Origin: a virus
DNA length: 64,000 bases
Direction: 5' to 3' (one strand)
IMG/VR virus record: IMGVR_UViG_3300020470_003428
Location: 16,540-80,539 of that record
Each line of letters opens with the position of its first letter. Positions within the stretch are counted from its first letter, which is position 1. The translations under genes were made by a program, and so were the position numbers. Under the pieces are notes generated by a model that worked only from the letters and a program-made list of their open reading frames with translations, did no database searches and had not been told where the DNA came from. This document shows, piece after piece, positions 17,670-27,004 of this stretch.

Positions 17670-20018
17670 TCAGTTTGGACCAAGCCAGATTCTTTGACTT
17701 TTACCATTTCTTTTGATTCTCTTCGGTTTGTAACCTAATCTTTTTAAGCAGTCAGTTACTGGTGTTGTCATTTGATGTTGTTGAGCAACATTGACATCGA
17801 CCCATGTGAACAGATCTGCAAGGATGACGTAAGATTGGCCTTGATAGTAGCCACTGCTATTGGTCTCTAACGCACGAGTAACCAAGGCGTCAATAGGGTT
17901 ATCTCGTGTGAATGAATCTTGATAGTCAGCAATATAGCTGAGCTCGTAACTGGAAAAGACATGAACAGGATCGTCTAGGTAAGCCTTATATGCTGCAGCC
18001 CATATTGAATCACGATCTTTCTTCAGCCTATCTAAGTCAATAATTTTTAACGCAGGATTCTCTTTCGAAGGTACTTTGCCTTCTACGATGATCGGCATAA
18101 ACCTACGATTTCCTGTTGGATCACATAGGAAGTCTGAGTTATTTGTAGCAGCAGCTAAGACGAAGGCACGAGGATAAGATTTCTCATTCTCATACTTGCG
18201 AGCAGATCTATCGACAGAGACAGAAACTAGGTTCTTTAATTCTTCCGAGTACTTTCGTTTGCAGTAACGTTCAAACTCATCCATGACAACGATGAATCCT
18301 GCATGCAAAGCGTGGGGTTTTTCCTTTAGGTATTCAATCCCCTGCTGCATAGTGACTACCCAAGGGTAGGTACCAGGGTCATCTAATGATGGTGGAGTTA
18401 AGTATTGGAAGAAGGTTGTTTTACCGCAATTTTGGTTGCCGATTAAAATTGGCATCCAGTCATGGCGACATCCCGGAGCTAAAACTCTGGCTACCGCACC
18501 AATCAGGAAACGTTTGATGATAACATCTGCCAGTAAATTTCCGCAAGGCATGACAGGATTTTGCATGTCATCCTTTGGTACACCTAGGATCTCAGAGGCA
18601 ATTCTATCAAAGTAAGTACAAGGACTAGCACTAGCTGCGCATCTTTCTAAGTAGGATTTTACGGGGTGGAATCTATTCTCATACCCAATAACTCCTGCTA
18701 AATCAAAAACTAGGGTTTTAGGAAAGACCTGTCTTTGACCTCTAGAAATATAGACATAAGCTTGAGATATATCGTGTATTTCTCTTGGTTGTTGCTCTGG
18801 ACCATAAACCAACTGTTGGCTCATGCAATTCAATCGCAAGCCGTTGTAATGACTATCAAGTAGATCTTTAATTCGTTCAACTAAGTCCTCGTTATTACTA
18901 TTGTTATTTCCTCTTGAGCGAGGAGTATTCGGAGGTTCTTCATGATCAAAGGTGGCGACTTCAGCCGGTTCATTATTATCATCTGGCTTATCTATAACTG
19001 CTATTTGTGTCCAAGGTTTATTCTCATCAAACAAACCTTGAGCTTGTTCAATAGGTTCTACAATATCTGGTTCACCGAGAAAATCCTCATGGTCATACCC
19101 TGCAAAAGCATCTCCATGGACTCCTAATTTAAAAGATCCTGAGTTACCTTTTAGTTCGGGAGGTAAAGACTGCCTCCAGCCGGGTTGTTGGGTATCGGCA
19201 GCCCAAAAGATGGTTGCCAACGATTTACCACGCCATCCATAGAAGAATTTTTCGCTGGTTTGAGATTTATTTTTTCCTTTTCCGTGGTGTCCTCTAGATG
19301 CCCATTCTGACCAACAGGAGAATAAAGCTTCTCCTCCAGTACTGGCTGCTCTGGTGATACTACAGAATTGGTCTCTATCACCATCGGAAGTAGGATCCAA
19401 CACATGCTCGAGACAATAAGCAGCAAGGTTAATTGAATGTTCATCAACATCGGCTGATTGGGAGTGATAAGTCGTCCGTTGATGTGCTGCGTGTGCTACC
19501 GCATCATCTATGAAAGATTCAGGCAATACTGCTTTCGGTTGCCAAACAGGGTGTTGAGCACGACTATTACCGTAGAAAATCCTGCAACGGTCAGAACAAT
19601 TAGCGTCACCTCCTAAAGATTTGATCAGGAGTGATGTGATTGATTGGTATAGTTCTCCATCGCTAATCCTATGAGGAAGTTGAAATACAACTCTAAAGCG
19701 ATGCTTATCTGCCTTAGGATTATGGCTTGCAGAGGTATACACCCATGCTGCCAAGCTAGATAAGGAATGTTTAGCGAATTGTTCTAATGTTAAACCGTTA
19801 TCAATGTCGACGACGACAAGATCAGCGTGGTCGAAGGCTGCGCTATTCCTGTGGTCGGACACCATCGCTGCAGGAATAAAGGCTCCGCCATGTGAAATAT
19901 GATCCTTTAAATCAAATATCGTACCTGATTTCCTTTGCCAATTCTTACCAAAGGCTGGTGACCATACACTTGGCTTGTCTTTTATTGTGGGATGAATACT
20001 GAATTCAATCTTTCGCAC
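17670..20018 (-). CDS. primase-helicase (AEP-like primase, PriCT-2, VapE/VirE SF3 helicase)
   Basis: VDID and YTSASH primase motifs; GNQNCGKTT Walker A; MDE; ATN...FL.DPTGNRRF. Confidence 0.9.
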   Translation of the reverse strand: MRKIEFSIHPTIKDKPSVWSPAFGKNWQRKSGTIFDLKDHISHGGAFIPAAMVSDHRNSAAFDHADLVVVDIDNGLTLEQFAKHSLSSLAAWVYTSASHNPKADKHRFRVVFQLPHRISDGELYQSITSLLIKSLGGDANCSDRCRIFYGNSRAQHPVWQPKAVLPESFIDDAVAHAAHQRTTYHSQSADVDEHSINLAAYCLEHVLDPTSDGDRDQFCSITRAASTGGEALFSCWSEWASRGHHGKGKNKSQTSEKFFYGWRGKSLATIFWAADTQQPGWRQSLPPELKGNSGSFKLGVHGDAFAGYDHEDFLGEPDIVEPIEQAQGLFDENKPWTQIAVIDKPDDNNEPAEVATFDHEEPPNTPRSRGNNNSNNEDLVERIKDLLDSHYNGLRLNCMSQQLVYGPEQQPREIHDISQAYVYISRGQRQVFPKTLVFDLAGVIGYENRFHPVKSYLERCAASASPCTYFDRIASEILGVPKDDMQNPVMPCGNLLADVIIKRFLIGAVARVLAPGCRHDWMPILIGNQNCGKTTFFQYLTPPSLDDPGTYPWVVTMQQGIEYLKEKPHALHAGFIVVMDEFERYCKRKYSEELKNLVSVSVDRSARKYENEKSYPRAFVLAAATNNSDFLCDPTGNRRFMPIIVEGKVPSKENPALKIIDLDRLKKDRDSIWAAAYKAYLDDPVHVFSSYELSYIADYQDSFTRDNPIDALVTRALETNSSGYYQGQSYVILADLFTWVDVNVAQQHQMTTPVTDCLKRLGYKPKRIKRNGKSQRIWLGPN

Positions 20019-20190
20019 AGGGTTCTACCTCTCTTAAATGATTTTGAGCTTCTATTAGGTCGTTACAAAAACGACATGATCCGAGATAACAAGCTAAGTG
20101 ACGAACAAACGTAGATTTTCCGCCTGTTAACGGATAGGTATGGATCGTTCCCCCTAGTGGAGTTGTCAGAATTAGTTCTGGCTTGGGCAT
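20005..20190 (-). CDS. conserved picocyanobacterial small protein
   Basis: MPKPELIL.TPLGGTIH...LACYLGSCRFC; start set at ATG 20190. Confidence 0.6.
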   Translation of the reverse strand: MPKPELILTTPLGGTIHTYPLTGGKSTFVRHLACYLGSCRFCNDLIEAQNHLREVEPCAKD

Positions 20191-20293
20191 CGGGGTTTCA
20201 CAATTTAGTACACGCATATGGAGTATGCCGATTATTCTGACGAATTGCAAATTTACTCTTTTATTCTAAAATCTATTCAAAGTATCTTTTCCC

Positions 20294-20881
20294 ATGCCGT
20301 TGACAACTAATAATTGGTTGCAAAAGACAGCAGTGATTGCAGTAGCCGGCACCTTTGGTCTATCTCACTTATGGATGATTAGTTTAATCGCTAACAAAGA
20401 AGGTGGGCTGCCGAAGTTTAATCTACCTGTCGGTCCATATAGTCAATACACAATTGATGCTAGTAAGGAAGGCTACAGGATTACCCATCGGATGAATGAT
20501 CCGAAGGTGATGGAGATGCGTAAGGATATCGTTGTCCCTCAAGGAGGGTTGTTCGGTAGCAAGAAAGATAAGAAAATTTTCCAGCTTGAGCAGTACACCA
20601 TGGAGGGCCATCAGCATTTGGTAGGTCCAGGTATCTTTCAAGCTCAAGAAGGAGGAGACGGAAAACTTACCGAAAAACAAATCGCCTGTCTCAAGAAAGC
20701 CGGATCCGGAGCAGGAGTTGGGGCTGCGGTTGGCGCTGCGGCAGCTTCTGAGTATATCGCTCCTTCCGTTTCTTCCATACCTATTATCGGTTGGGTTGCA
20801 TCTGGCTTTGCTACTGCTTTCGGAGCTAAGAAAGGGGGTGAAGTAGGAGAAAATCTGGCTGAGTGGTACCATGACTGCTAG
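20294..20881 (+). CDS. cyanophage membrane protein with Gly-zipper C-terminus
   Basis: 195-aa ORF. Confidence 0.75.
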   Translation: MPLTTNNWLQKTAVIAVAGTFGLSHLWMISLIANKEGGLPKFNLPVGPYSQYTIDASKEGYRITHRMNDPKVMEMRKDIVVPQGGLFGSKKDKKIFQLEQYTMEGHQHLVGPGIFQAQEGGDGKLTEKQIACLKKAGSGAGVGAAVGAAAASEYIAPSVSSIPIIGWVASGFATAFGAKKGGEVGENLAEWYHDC

Positions 20882-21401
20882 GGTTGAGAGTCTATTTGGC
20901 ATTCCGTTATGGGTCTTAGAAGGAGATTTACTAGAAGGTAGTTTGGAATGGGCATTGGATTTTAAGAGAAAAAATCCTGATGGTGCTCAAATGACAAACC
21001 AAGGGGGATATCACAGTCGGGATATGCAAGACGAGTTCCCTTTCTTTGATCACTTGAAATCAAGAATCGAGACATTACCTAGATGCAAGGTTGTTTCTGC
21101 TTGGATCAATGTTAACGGTCAAGGACATTCCAATAGTATTCATACACATCCTCTAACGGATATTGCGTTGGTGTGGTATTTAACGAACAACCAAAACGCC
21201 TTGAGACTTGTAGATCCTTTGGGAGGAATGAAGCATAAATTATTGCGAGCTTTGGACTATACAAACATGGATGATACGAACCTAGTCCGAGCTACTGCAG
21301 GGGATATGGTGGCTTTCCCAGGATTCATTCCTCATTTGGTTGAGCCTAATAAAGAGGAAACCGAACGTGTGTCAATTGCTATAAATCTAGTATGTCCATA
21401 A
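20871..21401 (+). CDS. 2OG-Fe(II) oxygenase (TIGR02466-like)
   Basis: WIN.N...HTHP...FPGFIPHLV.PN....RVSIAIN. Confidence 0.85.
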   Translation: MTARVESLFGIPLWVLEGDLLEGSLEWALDFKRKNPDGAQMTNQGGYHSRDMQDEFPFFDHLKSRIETLPRCKVVSAWINVNGQGHSNSIHTHPLTDIALVWYLTNNQNALRLVDPLGGMKHKLLRALDYTNMDDTNLVRATAGDMVAFPGFIPHLVEPNKEETERVSIAINLVCP

Positions 21402-21480
21402 CGATTGTTGATGGACGGTATAAGACTAAGTAATATTACCTAGTGGCTATACTTAGCTTGTAATCTTTTCTTTAGATTTA

Positions 21481-21666
21481 ATGACTACGACTACTGAGTA
21501 CGGCAAGCAAAACATGTTTGCCAAGGAAGTAGCTCCTCATGTTACAGAGGCTGGATCTTATTCAGAGCAATCAGAATTACTTAACGGTCGTCTTGCAATG
21601 ATCGGCTTTGTTGCTGCTCTTGGTGCTTACGTTACTACTGGTCAACTCATCCCTGGCATCTTTTAG
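21481..21666 (+). CDS. hli: high-light inducible protein
   Basis: ELLNGRLAMIGF...TGQLIPGIF. Confidence 0.95.
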   Translation: MTTTTEYGKQNMFAKEVAPHVTEAGSYSEQSELLNGRLAMIGFVAALGAYVTTGQLIPGIF

Positions 21667-22413
21667 AATTTGTTTAGCTAGTCGTTCTTCTTCTTTTATT
21701 TCTTGATAACGACGAACTTTTTGAAGCCATTTTGTTTGGAACTTCGCTAATTCGTTGGCATTTAATATAAAACTTTGGTCCATCTCTGGTGTAGACACAA
21801 TGATTTCAGCACAGCTGACGTTGACTCCCAAAGTTTCCTTGCATGCCTGAGCATAAGCAGCTAACTGCATTGCACATTTATTGAACTTATTCCATCCAGT
21901 AAATAAGCTTCTATTAGAACTATTAGAAGAAGGATAGTAGCGACAATAAGGTTGATTAGATGTTTTAAAGTCTCCAATAATCACTGTGTCATTACGGATT
22001 CCTAGTAAATCAGGACACCCGCAATACATATATTTATGACTCCAAACTCTACTGATTCCGTCCTCGCCTGTACAGAATTTCCATTCTGGTCTTAAGGGCA
22101 TTTCACTCCAGATAAATTCATCGTATTTATCTAAGTGTTTACTTATTCCCTCCCAAAATGGTTGGTATTCTTTTTCTATTGTTATTTCTTTCCCTCGAAT
22201 ATAGTCCTCGCAGGCTTGGTGTACCGCTGAACCTCGCTTGGCTGCGGCTGCGGCACCGTTCGGATTCTTGATTTGCCAGTTCAGCAGAGCTTTCTTGCTC
22301 TTTTCTGATGATGTTTTTCCGAGGATAGTTGTTACGGATGGATATGCTTTATCTGCTTGATCTGTTGCATAATGACGTTCGCCGTCTATCTCAAATCGAG
22401 TCGGCGCAGTCAT
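21577..22413 (-). CDS. PD-(D/E)XK exonuclease
   Basis: YPSVTTIL, RGSAVH, GCPD, DFKTS, QLAAY. Confidence 0.85.
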   Translation of the reverse strand: MTAPTRFEIDGERHYATDQADKAYPSVTTILGKTSSEKSKKALLNWQIKNPNGAAAAAKRGSAVHQACEDYIRGKEITIEKEYQPFWEGISKHLDKYDEFIWSEMPLRPEWKFCTGEDGISRVWSHKYMYCGCPDLLGIRNDTVIIGDFKTSNQPYCRYYPSSNSSNRSLFTGWNKFNKCAMQLAAYAQACKETLGVNVSCAEIIVSTPEMDQSFILNANELAKFQTKWLQKVRRYQEIKEEERLAKQILKDARDELTSSNVSTKSSNKADHCKTTVK

Positions 22414-22470
22414 AAACAGTTACATTATTTCTTCTAATGTAACAATTTATTGAGTTTTGTCACAAAATTG

Positions 22471-22703
22471 GGGGCTTGGCTCTTCAGTGTCCTTGTAACC
22501 AGCCTATGAAAAGAGGCTCCCATTAAACCCCTTCGGCACTACTGGTTAACCTCGATGGGTCCCTGATCTGGTAAGACTAATTCTTGAAAGAAGCAAGATT
22601 ACCGTCCTGCTAGAACCAACCACATAGCCCGAGTAGTTGCTTTCTCAAATTAAGGGAGAACACTTAATGGCGGCAATCATGCAAAACCTCCGAAGGAAGC
22701 CCC
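22471..22703 (-). ncRNA. candidate structured non-coding RNA (unknown family)
   Basis: No ORF; closing GGGGCUU/AAGCCCC helix and at least five other complementary segments; G-U pairs favour the minus strand. Confidence 0.45.
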
Positions 22704-22708
22704 TATAA

Positions 22709-23098
22709 TTACTCTGCCGTATTTTCCTTAGAATTCAAGAACTCTAACGCATTACTTAATATATCCTTTTGTTGCTGTTGTTCTTGGTAGGCAGAATACT
22801 CTTCTGTCACCTGAGAAGACAAGTGAACCATTCCTTTTAATATCTCTTCAATTCCTCTCACATTATCTAACTTACGTGCCAATGCTGGTCCTGCTAGCAA
22901 TAGATATGCCAATGTTGCAGTGTCTGGTATGTACCCATTAAAACTGACTCCACCAGAGGTGAAGCCATTGACTAGATAACGTAAATCTTCTGTTGCTTTA
23001 GCTATAAGTCTTAAGTACTCACCATTGTGCTTTGTCTCTTGGAGAATGTCTGTTAGCAGTTGGTGGTCGTTCTTCTCTGTCTGTTTCTTTGTAGTCAT
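22709..23098 (-). CDS. hypothetical protein
   Basis: ORF; start set at ATG 23098. Confidence 0.65.
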   Translation of the reverse strand: MTTKKQTEKNDHQLLTDILQETKHNGEYLRLIAKATEDLRYLVNGFTSGGVSFNGYIPDTATLAYLLLAGPALARKLDNVRGIEEILKGMVHLSSQVTEEYSAYQEQQQQKDILSNALEFLNSKENTAE

Positions 23099-23279
23099 GA
23101 ATAATTGTGCCTTGGAAAACGTTTGCAAATTGAAGTGCAGCCCTATCTACTGAGCTTAGTTGTTTCCAAGCTTTATTACATTCTGCTTGCCCGTATTGAT
23201 CGATAATACGCTTGACATCCCTACCGCAAGTTGCCTCACGGAGGGAATCAAGTGCTATTGAATATTCAGACCCAGTCAC
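23019..23279 (-). CDS. hypothetical protein
   Basis: 86-aa ORF in operon. Confidence 0.6.
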   Translation of the reverse strand: MTGSEYSIALDSLREATCGRDVKRIIDQYGQAECNKAWKQLSSVDRAALQFANVFQGTIIHDYKETDREERPPTANRHSPRDKAQW

Positions 23280-24015
23280 TGCCGATACTTTCCTCGGTAG
23301 TTTTCTTGCCTATTTCATGGTCTGCACCTAGTTCATCTCTGTGAGTAGGAGGCAGTCCTCTAGTTGTCGCCTCTGCTGGCTTACCAGCAAAAGGATCTGC
23401 GTTGTCATATAGAGCAGGTAGATACCATTTATCTTTGATTTCTGCCCATTTTTTAGCGACGGCATTTCTGACAGGCGCTTTCAGGGGAGCAGGAGTTAAT
23501 GTATAAACAGTGTCTGTACCTGATCCTTTTCGAGCTAACTTCATCATGAAGTTGTAGACACCATCGTCGTTCGCCTCGTAAGAATCCATAGACAGGATTT
23601 CTTCTAAGGCTGTACGTAGTCCTCGAGTATTGAACTCGATAATGGCAAAGTCTTTCTTCTCTTTGATATAGCCAATAAAGCTAAGAATTTGCTTTGGCTT
23701 ATCTAAGTCATCTTCCGTATGAGATCCATATTCAACTTTACGTTTAAATTTAGCCTCATAGTTTAAGCCGATATCCTCCTTATAGTCTTTTGGATAACCC
23801 TCAGAGAAAGGAGTCGTATGTGGTTGACCATCATTTTTAAAATACTTATAGCCACTAATGACATGACCAGTATCAAAACCACCGCAGACGATTATTTCAT
23901 GAGAATCGCCATCTTTTAATTGTTTACCAGGTGAGTAGAAGCGATCAGTTTCTTCCTGTGTAAAAGTGTTTGCTGTGTCTGTAGCAAACTTATGATCTGG
24001 AGGAAAGAATCCCAT
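23266..24015 (-). CDS. phage ssDNA-binding-like protein
   Basis: RKGSGTDTVYTL.P motif typical of phage SSBs; acidic tail ending DWV. Confidence 0.6.
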   Translation of the reverse strand: MGFFPPDHKFATDTANTFTQEETDRFYSPGKQLKDGDSHEIIVCGGFDTGHVISGYKYFKNDGQPHTTPFSEGYPKDYKEDIGLNYEAKFKRKVEYGSHTEDDLDKPKQILSFIGYIKEKKDFAIIEFNTRGLRTALEEILSMDSYEANDDGVYNFMMKLARKGSGTDTVYTLTPAPLKAPVRNAVAKKWAEIKDKWYLPALYDNADPFAGKPAEATTRGLPPTHRDELGADHEIGKKTTEESIGSDWV

Positions 24016-24018
24016 AAT

Positions 24019-24708
24019 TTATTTCCAAGAGTTAGAGGTTGGCATGTCACCAGGATCGTCGTCACCCATAAACGCAGAGGGCTCATATCCTGATGCGGAA
24101 GTATCTTTAGCTGGATCTTGAGCTCCAGAACCTCCTTTTGTTCTTTCGTGAATGCGGATACGTCGGCATTTCACTTCCGTATAGATTTTTCCTTTCGAAT
24201 CTTTTTGAGGAGTGAGCATACCTAATACTTCAGCTAAGCTTCCCTTTGGATAATCAAGGATTCGTTCCTTCCAATTACCGTATCCTCTTACTCGATACCA
24301 GTCAGTGTGTTGAGTACCTGCAACATATCTGTTGACTGCGACACTTCTACTAGCGCTTTTCTCTGCTGCTCTTCCATCCTTAGAAAAGCGTCCAACAAAC
24401 ATTGCTTCGTTGATGAACTGGTCTGGGTTGGCATTACAGATAGTACTAATGGTGATGATGGGTATGCCATCATGTTCTGTCTCTTTTTCTCCTAAAGCTA
24501 GAGCACCAACAACAAGAATATTCTCATCTGGCTTTTTCGCTTGAAATTTAGAAGCGGGACCGGAACTGTTTTTCAAAGCTGCTCGAAGGATAACCGCCAT
24601 CGGTTCAGGAGTGCTTGCAACAGCAGGAGCTTCTAAATACTCCTGTCCATTAATGACGACCTGAGTGGGTATTGATCCTAGAGCAACCGTAAGAATTGCT
24701 GTAGACAA
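24019..24708 (-). CDS. SSB-family (tandem OB-fold) protein
   Basis: AVNR...TDWYRV..YG...KGSL..V.G.L; acidic C-tail. Confidence 0.7.
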   Translation of the reverse strand: MSTAILTVALGSIPTQVVINGQEYLEAPAVASTPEPMAVILRAALKNSSGPASKFQAKKPDENILVVGALALGEKETEHDGIPIITISTICNANPDQFINEAMFVGRFSKDGRAAEKSASRSVAVNRYVAGTQHTDWYRVRGYGNWKERILDYPKGSLAEVLGMLTPQKDSKGKIYTEVKCRRIRIHERTKGGSGAQDPAKDTSASGYEPSAFMGDDDPGDMPTSNSWK

Positions 24709-24767
24709 ACTTCTTCATAGTGTGGGCAATTCAGAATAACGCTGCTCGTAGCGGATGCAAGTTTTAT

Positions 24768-25406
24768 TTATACCATCTGTGGTGTTGCACCTTCGTGAGC
24801 ATAATTCCTTAGCCATTGAGGAATAGGTGGAATCGGCTCTGCTGTCTGAGGCATAACAAGTACGACTATTTCTCCAGAGCTTTCTTCTATTCTCATTGGA
24901 CCACCATTAAACGAACTAAGGATTACAGAAGCATTGAGTGTACTCAATCCTTTAATTGCTCGTTGAATGTAAGAGATGTTGTATCGACCAGCTGTTGCAG
25001 ATACGGACTGTGCATCTAATCGATCCCAATGATCTAAACAATCTTTCAAAGCTTTGGCTAAGTTCGGAGAATTGACTGAACTGCGATTGATTGGAATTTC
25101 TTTTGTTTCTGAAGTGGTCTTCCTATATGTCGTGACCTTTGCAATATCGTTTTCAATTACCAAAGTTCTAGTAGCTGTTTTAACTCCACGAGAGGCTTTT
25201 ATCAGTTCTGAATTTGGTAGTAGATTAATTGTTTCATCGCCTTCTCCTGCTGGATCAAAGGCTAAGCAGGCTACGTTTCCTTTATCTGTAGAAGCTAGGA
25301 AGACTCCTCCTCTCTCATGAGGTGTTAATTCAACGGCTTGGTAGGGAGCATAAGTGCCTGTAAATTCAGACGCTATGGCAAGCAGTGCCGAATTGCAACT
25401 GAGCAT
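24768..25406 (-). CDS. DNA polymerase III beta clamp-like protein (short)
   Basis: ASTD.G motif and C-terminal VLVMP; replication context. Confidence 0.5.
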   Translation of the reverse strand: MLSCNSALLAIASEFTGTYAPYQAVELTPHERGGVFLASTDKGNVACLAFDPAGEGDETINLLPNSELIKASRGVKTATRTLVIENDIAKVTTYRKTTSETKEIPINRSSVNSPNLAKALKDCLDHWDRLDAQSVSATAGRYNISYIQRAIKGLSTLNASVILSSFNGGPMRIEESSGEIVVLVMPQTAEPIPPIPQWLRNYAHEGATPQMV

Positions 25407-25641
25407 TTTCTGATGTCTCGGCTAAATTGACTGTCCCAGCAAGATTAACTAAATTTCCCACCCATTGCCATTGCCATATACTATAATCTTCGTCTAATAA
25501 GTGATTCGCCATATCAAACTCCTCTTGAGATATGAGTGGTCTCCAATGCATATCTAGGCACTTCTTGTTCTGCCTGTCGATCAGAACTGCTCTTCTCATT
25601 CCTTCCATTTTCTTTTTTCGCGGAATTACATCATATATCAA
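25366..25641 (-). CDS. hypothetical protein
   Basis: 91-aa ORF. Confidence 0.55.
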   Translation of the reverse strand: MIYDVIPRKKKMEGMRRAVLIDRQNKKCLDMHWRPLISQEEFDMANHLLDEDYSIWQWQWVGNLVNLAGTVNLAETSENAQLQFGTACHSV

Positions 25642-25718
25642 ATGGTTAAGAAACGAAACAATTCTTAATTGAAAAATTATTACAATCAGGCAGAATAAGG
25701 AGAACGCTGAGGTTTTTC

Positions 25719-25967
25719 GTGAGTCAAGAATACAAGCAAATTAAATCGTATACTTATTATTTGTTTTGGGGTGCTGCGACTATTGCAGTTGTTGTAGGAC
25801 AAATGCAAATATCGAAAGGTCTTTACGCTTTAAGTGAGAGCATCGAAAGATCTGCTTGGCAGTTGAGACCAGAACCAAGATTTTCCCCTGTCCCAATACC
25901 TTCAGAACCAGAGCCTTACATAGAACCTATCTATATAGAACCCTATCCAGATATCAGTAATTACTAG
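25719..25967 (+). CDS. small membrane protein
   Basis: 82-aa ORF, TM helix, Pro-rich tail. Confidence 0.65.
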   Translation: MSQEYKQIKSYTYYLFWGAATIAVVVGQMQISKGLYALSESIERSAWQLRPEPRFSPVPIPSEPEPYIEPIYIEPYPDISNY

Positions 25968-25997
25968 AATAAGAAGGTTATCAATGCTTACTGTTAG

Positions 25998-26468
25998 ATG
26001 TCCAATATATTAGATCGAATAGGTGGTTGGACTGGAATTGACGCAGCCTCTATAGAAGATTACGCCCTCAGAGAAGCAGCTAAACAAGCAGGGGTTAGTT
26101 ATGACGGTCGTACCTTTAGTAGGAGAGCAGGTGAGAATCCACAGGTTAATCAGCTTATGAATAGTATGCAAAATCAGACCGGCACTCTGATAGATCAAGG
26201 CCAAACAGCTGATGGAATTAACCCAAGTCAACAGAAGAATGTTGTTCCTTGGAATTTCAGTGTTGATGCTGACAGTTCAGGGGTGCAAAATTTAGGAGTG
26301 AATTTTAGCCCTAATGATCAATTCAATGTCTCTGGAAATTTAGACACGCAATATGGGGGATTAGGTGTACAAGGCAGCTACCAACCTAATAAGAACGTAA
26401 AGATTGATTTTAATTACGACACTAGACAAGGACCAGGTATATACGGTGGTGGAAATTTTACGTTCTAA
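25998..26468 (+). CDS. hypothetical protein with beta-strand-rich C-terminus ending in Phe
   Basis: 156-aa ORF, TAGAAT upstream. Confidence 0.7.
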   Translation: MSNILDRIGGWTGIDAASIEDYALREAAKQAGVSYDGRTFSRRAGENPQVNQLMNSMQNQTGTLIDQGQTADGINPSQQKNVVPWNFSVDADSSGVQNLGVNFSPNDQFNVSGNLDTQYGGLGVQGSYQPNKNVKIDFNYDTRQGPGIYGGGNFTF

Positions 26469-26505
26469 ATCGTTAAATTTTGTAAAACCGTATCAAGGTG
26501 ATACA

Positions 26506-26519
26506 GTATCGGTTGATAC
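26506..26519. promoter_or_regulatory. NtcA-binding box
   Basis: GTATCGGTTGATAC = GTA-N8-TAC; an N9 variant at 26490-26504; extended -10 TGtTAGGAT at 26524-26532. Confidence 0.6.
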
Positions 26520-26543
26520 CGTTTGTTAGGATGAAGATATAAT

Positions 26544-26593
26544 CGTCGGACCTTATAGGTTGCAATCACCAGCACCATACGACGGGGGTGTTG
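26544..26593 (+). ncRNA. glutamine-II (Downstream-peptide) riboswitch-like element, variant
   Basis: P1 CGUCG/CGACG, P2 GACCU/AGGUU, GCA linker, pseudoknot CAGCACC/GGUGUUG; directly upstream of GGAG RBS and DUF4278 ORF. Confidence 0.65.
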
Positions 26594-26608
26594 TTATGGA
26601 GAAAAACC

Positions 26609-26713
26609 ATGGCTACAGCAACAGCTACAAAACCTGCACAGAAGTCTGTCACTTTAACTTATAGAGGAGTTGCATATAAGCAGCAGCCTTTAACTTGCGT
26701 TAGAGGAAGCTAG
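26609..26713 (+). CDS. DUF4278 small protein
   Basis: Own translation MATATATKPAQKSVTLTYRGVAYKQQPLTCVRGS with LTYRGVxY. Confidence 0.8.
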   Translation: MATATATKPAQKSVTLTYRGVAYKQQPLTCVRGS

Positions 26714-26714
26714 T

Positions 26715-26804
26715 ATGACAGAACTTCTATTAATTCGTAGGCGTTTACTTAGAGCAAGACGCCTACATGATGCACAGGTTATGGCATGTGTACCTCATCG
26801 TTAG
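26715..26804 (+). CDS. small basic peptide
   Basis: Own translation MTELLLIRRRLLRARRLHDAQVMACVPHR; GAGGA RBS. Confidence 0.5.
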   Translation: MTELLLIRRRLLRARRLHDAQVMACVPHR

Positions 26805-27004
26805 ATTAATTTCTTATCTAACAGAATCGACTCAAGGATGGACGCCCACCGTTGGATTGTCCATCCTTTTCTTATGGTGCGATAAGTAAGTTTATTAAGG
26901 TGATTAGCTGTCTCAACAGCAACCTCAATATTTTCTGTATCCCTTAGTCTTGCCCAACAAGAGACCAAGTCTTTCGCTGAGCCTTGCAGATATAATTCAT
27001 TCAT
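26801..27004 (-). CDS. hypothetical protein
   Basis: 67-aa ORF, ATGA-coupled. Confidence 0.55.
   Translation of the reverse strand: MNELYLQGSAKDLVSCWARLRDTENIEVAVETANHLNKLTYRTIRKGWTIQRWASILESILLDKKLI

Noticed and set aside
22471-22703. tmRNA or tRNA-like gene (GGGGC...GCCCC ends)
   Set aside because: No T-arm GTTCRA, no CCA end and no tag reading frame recognised.
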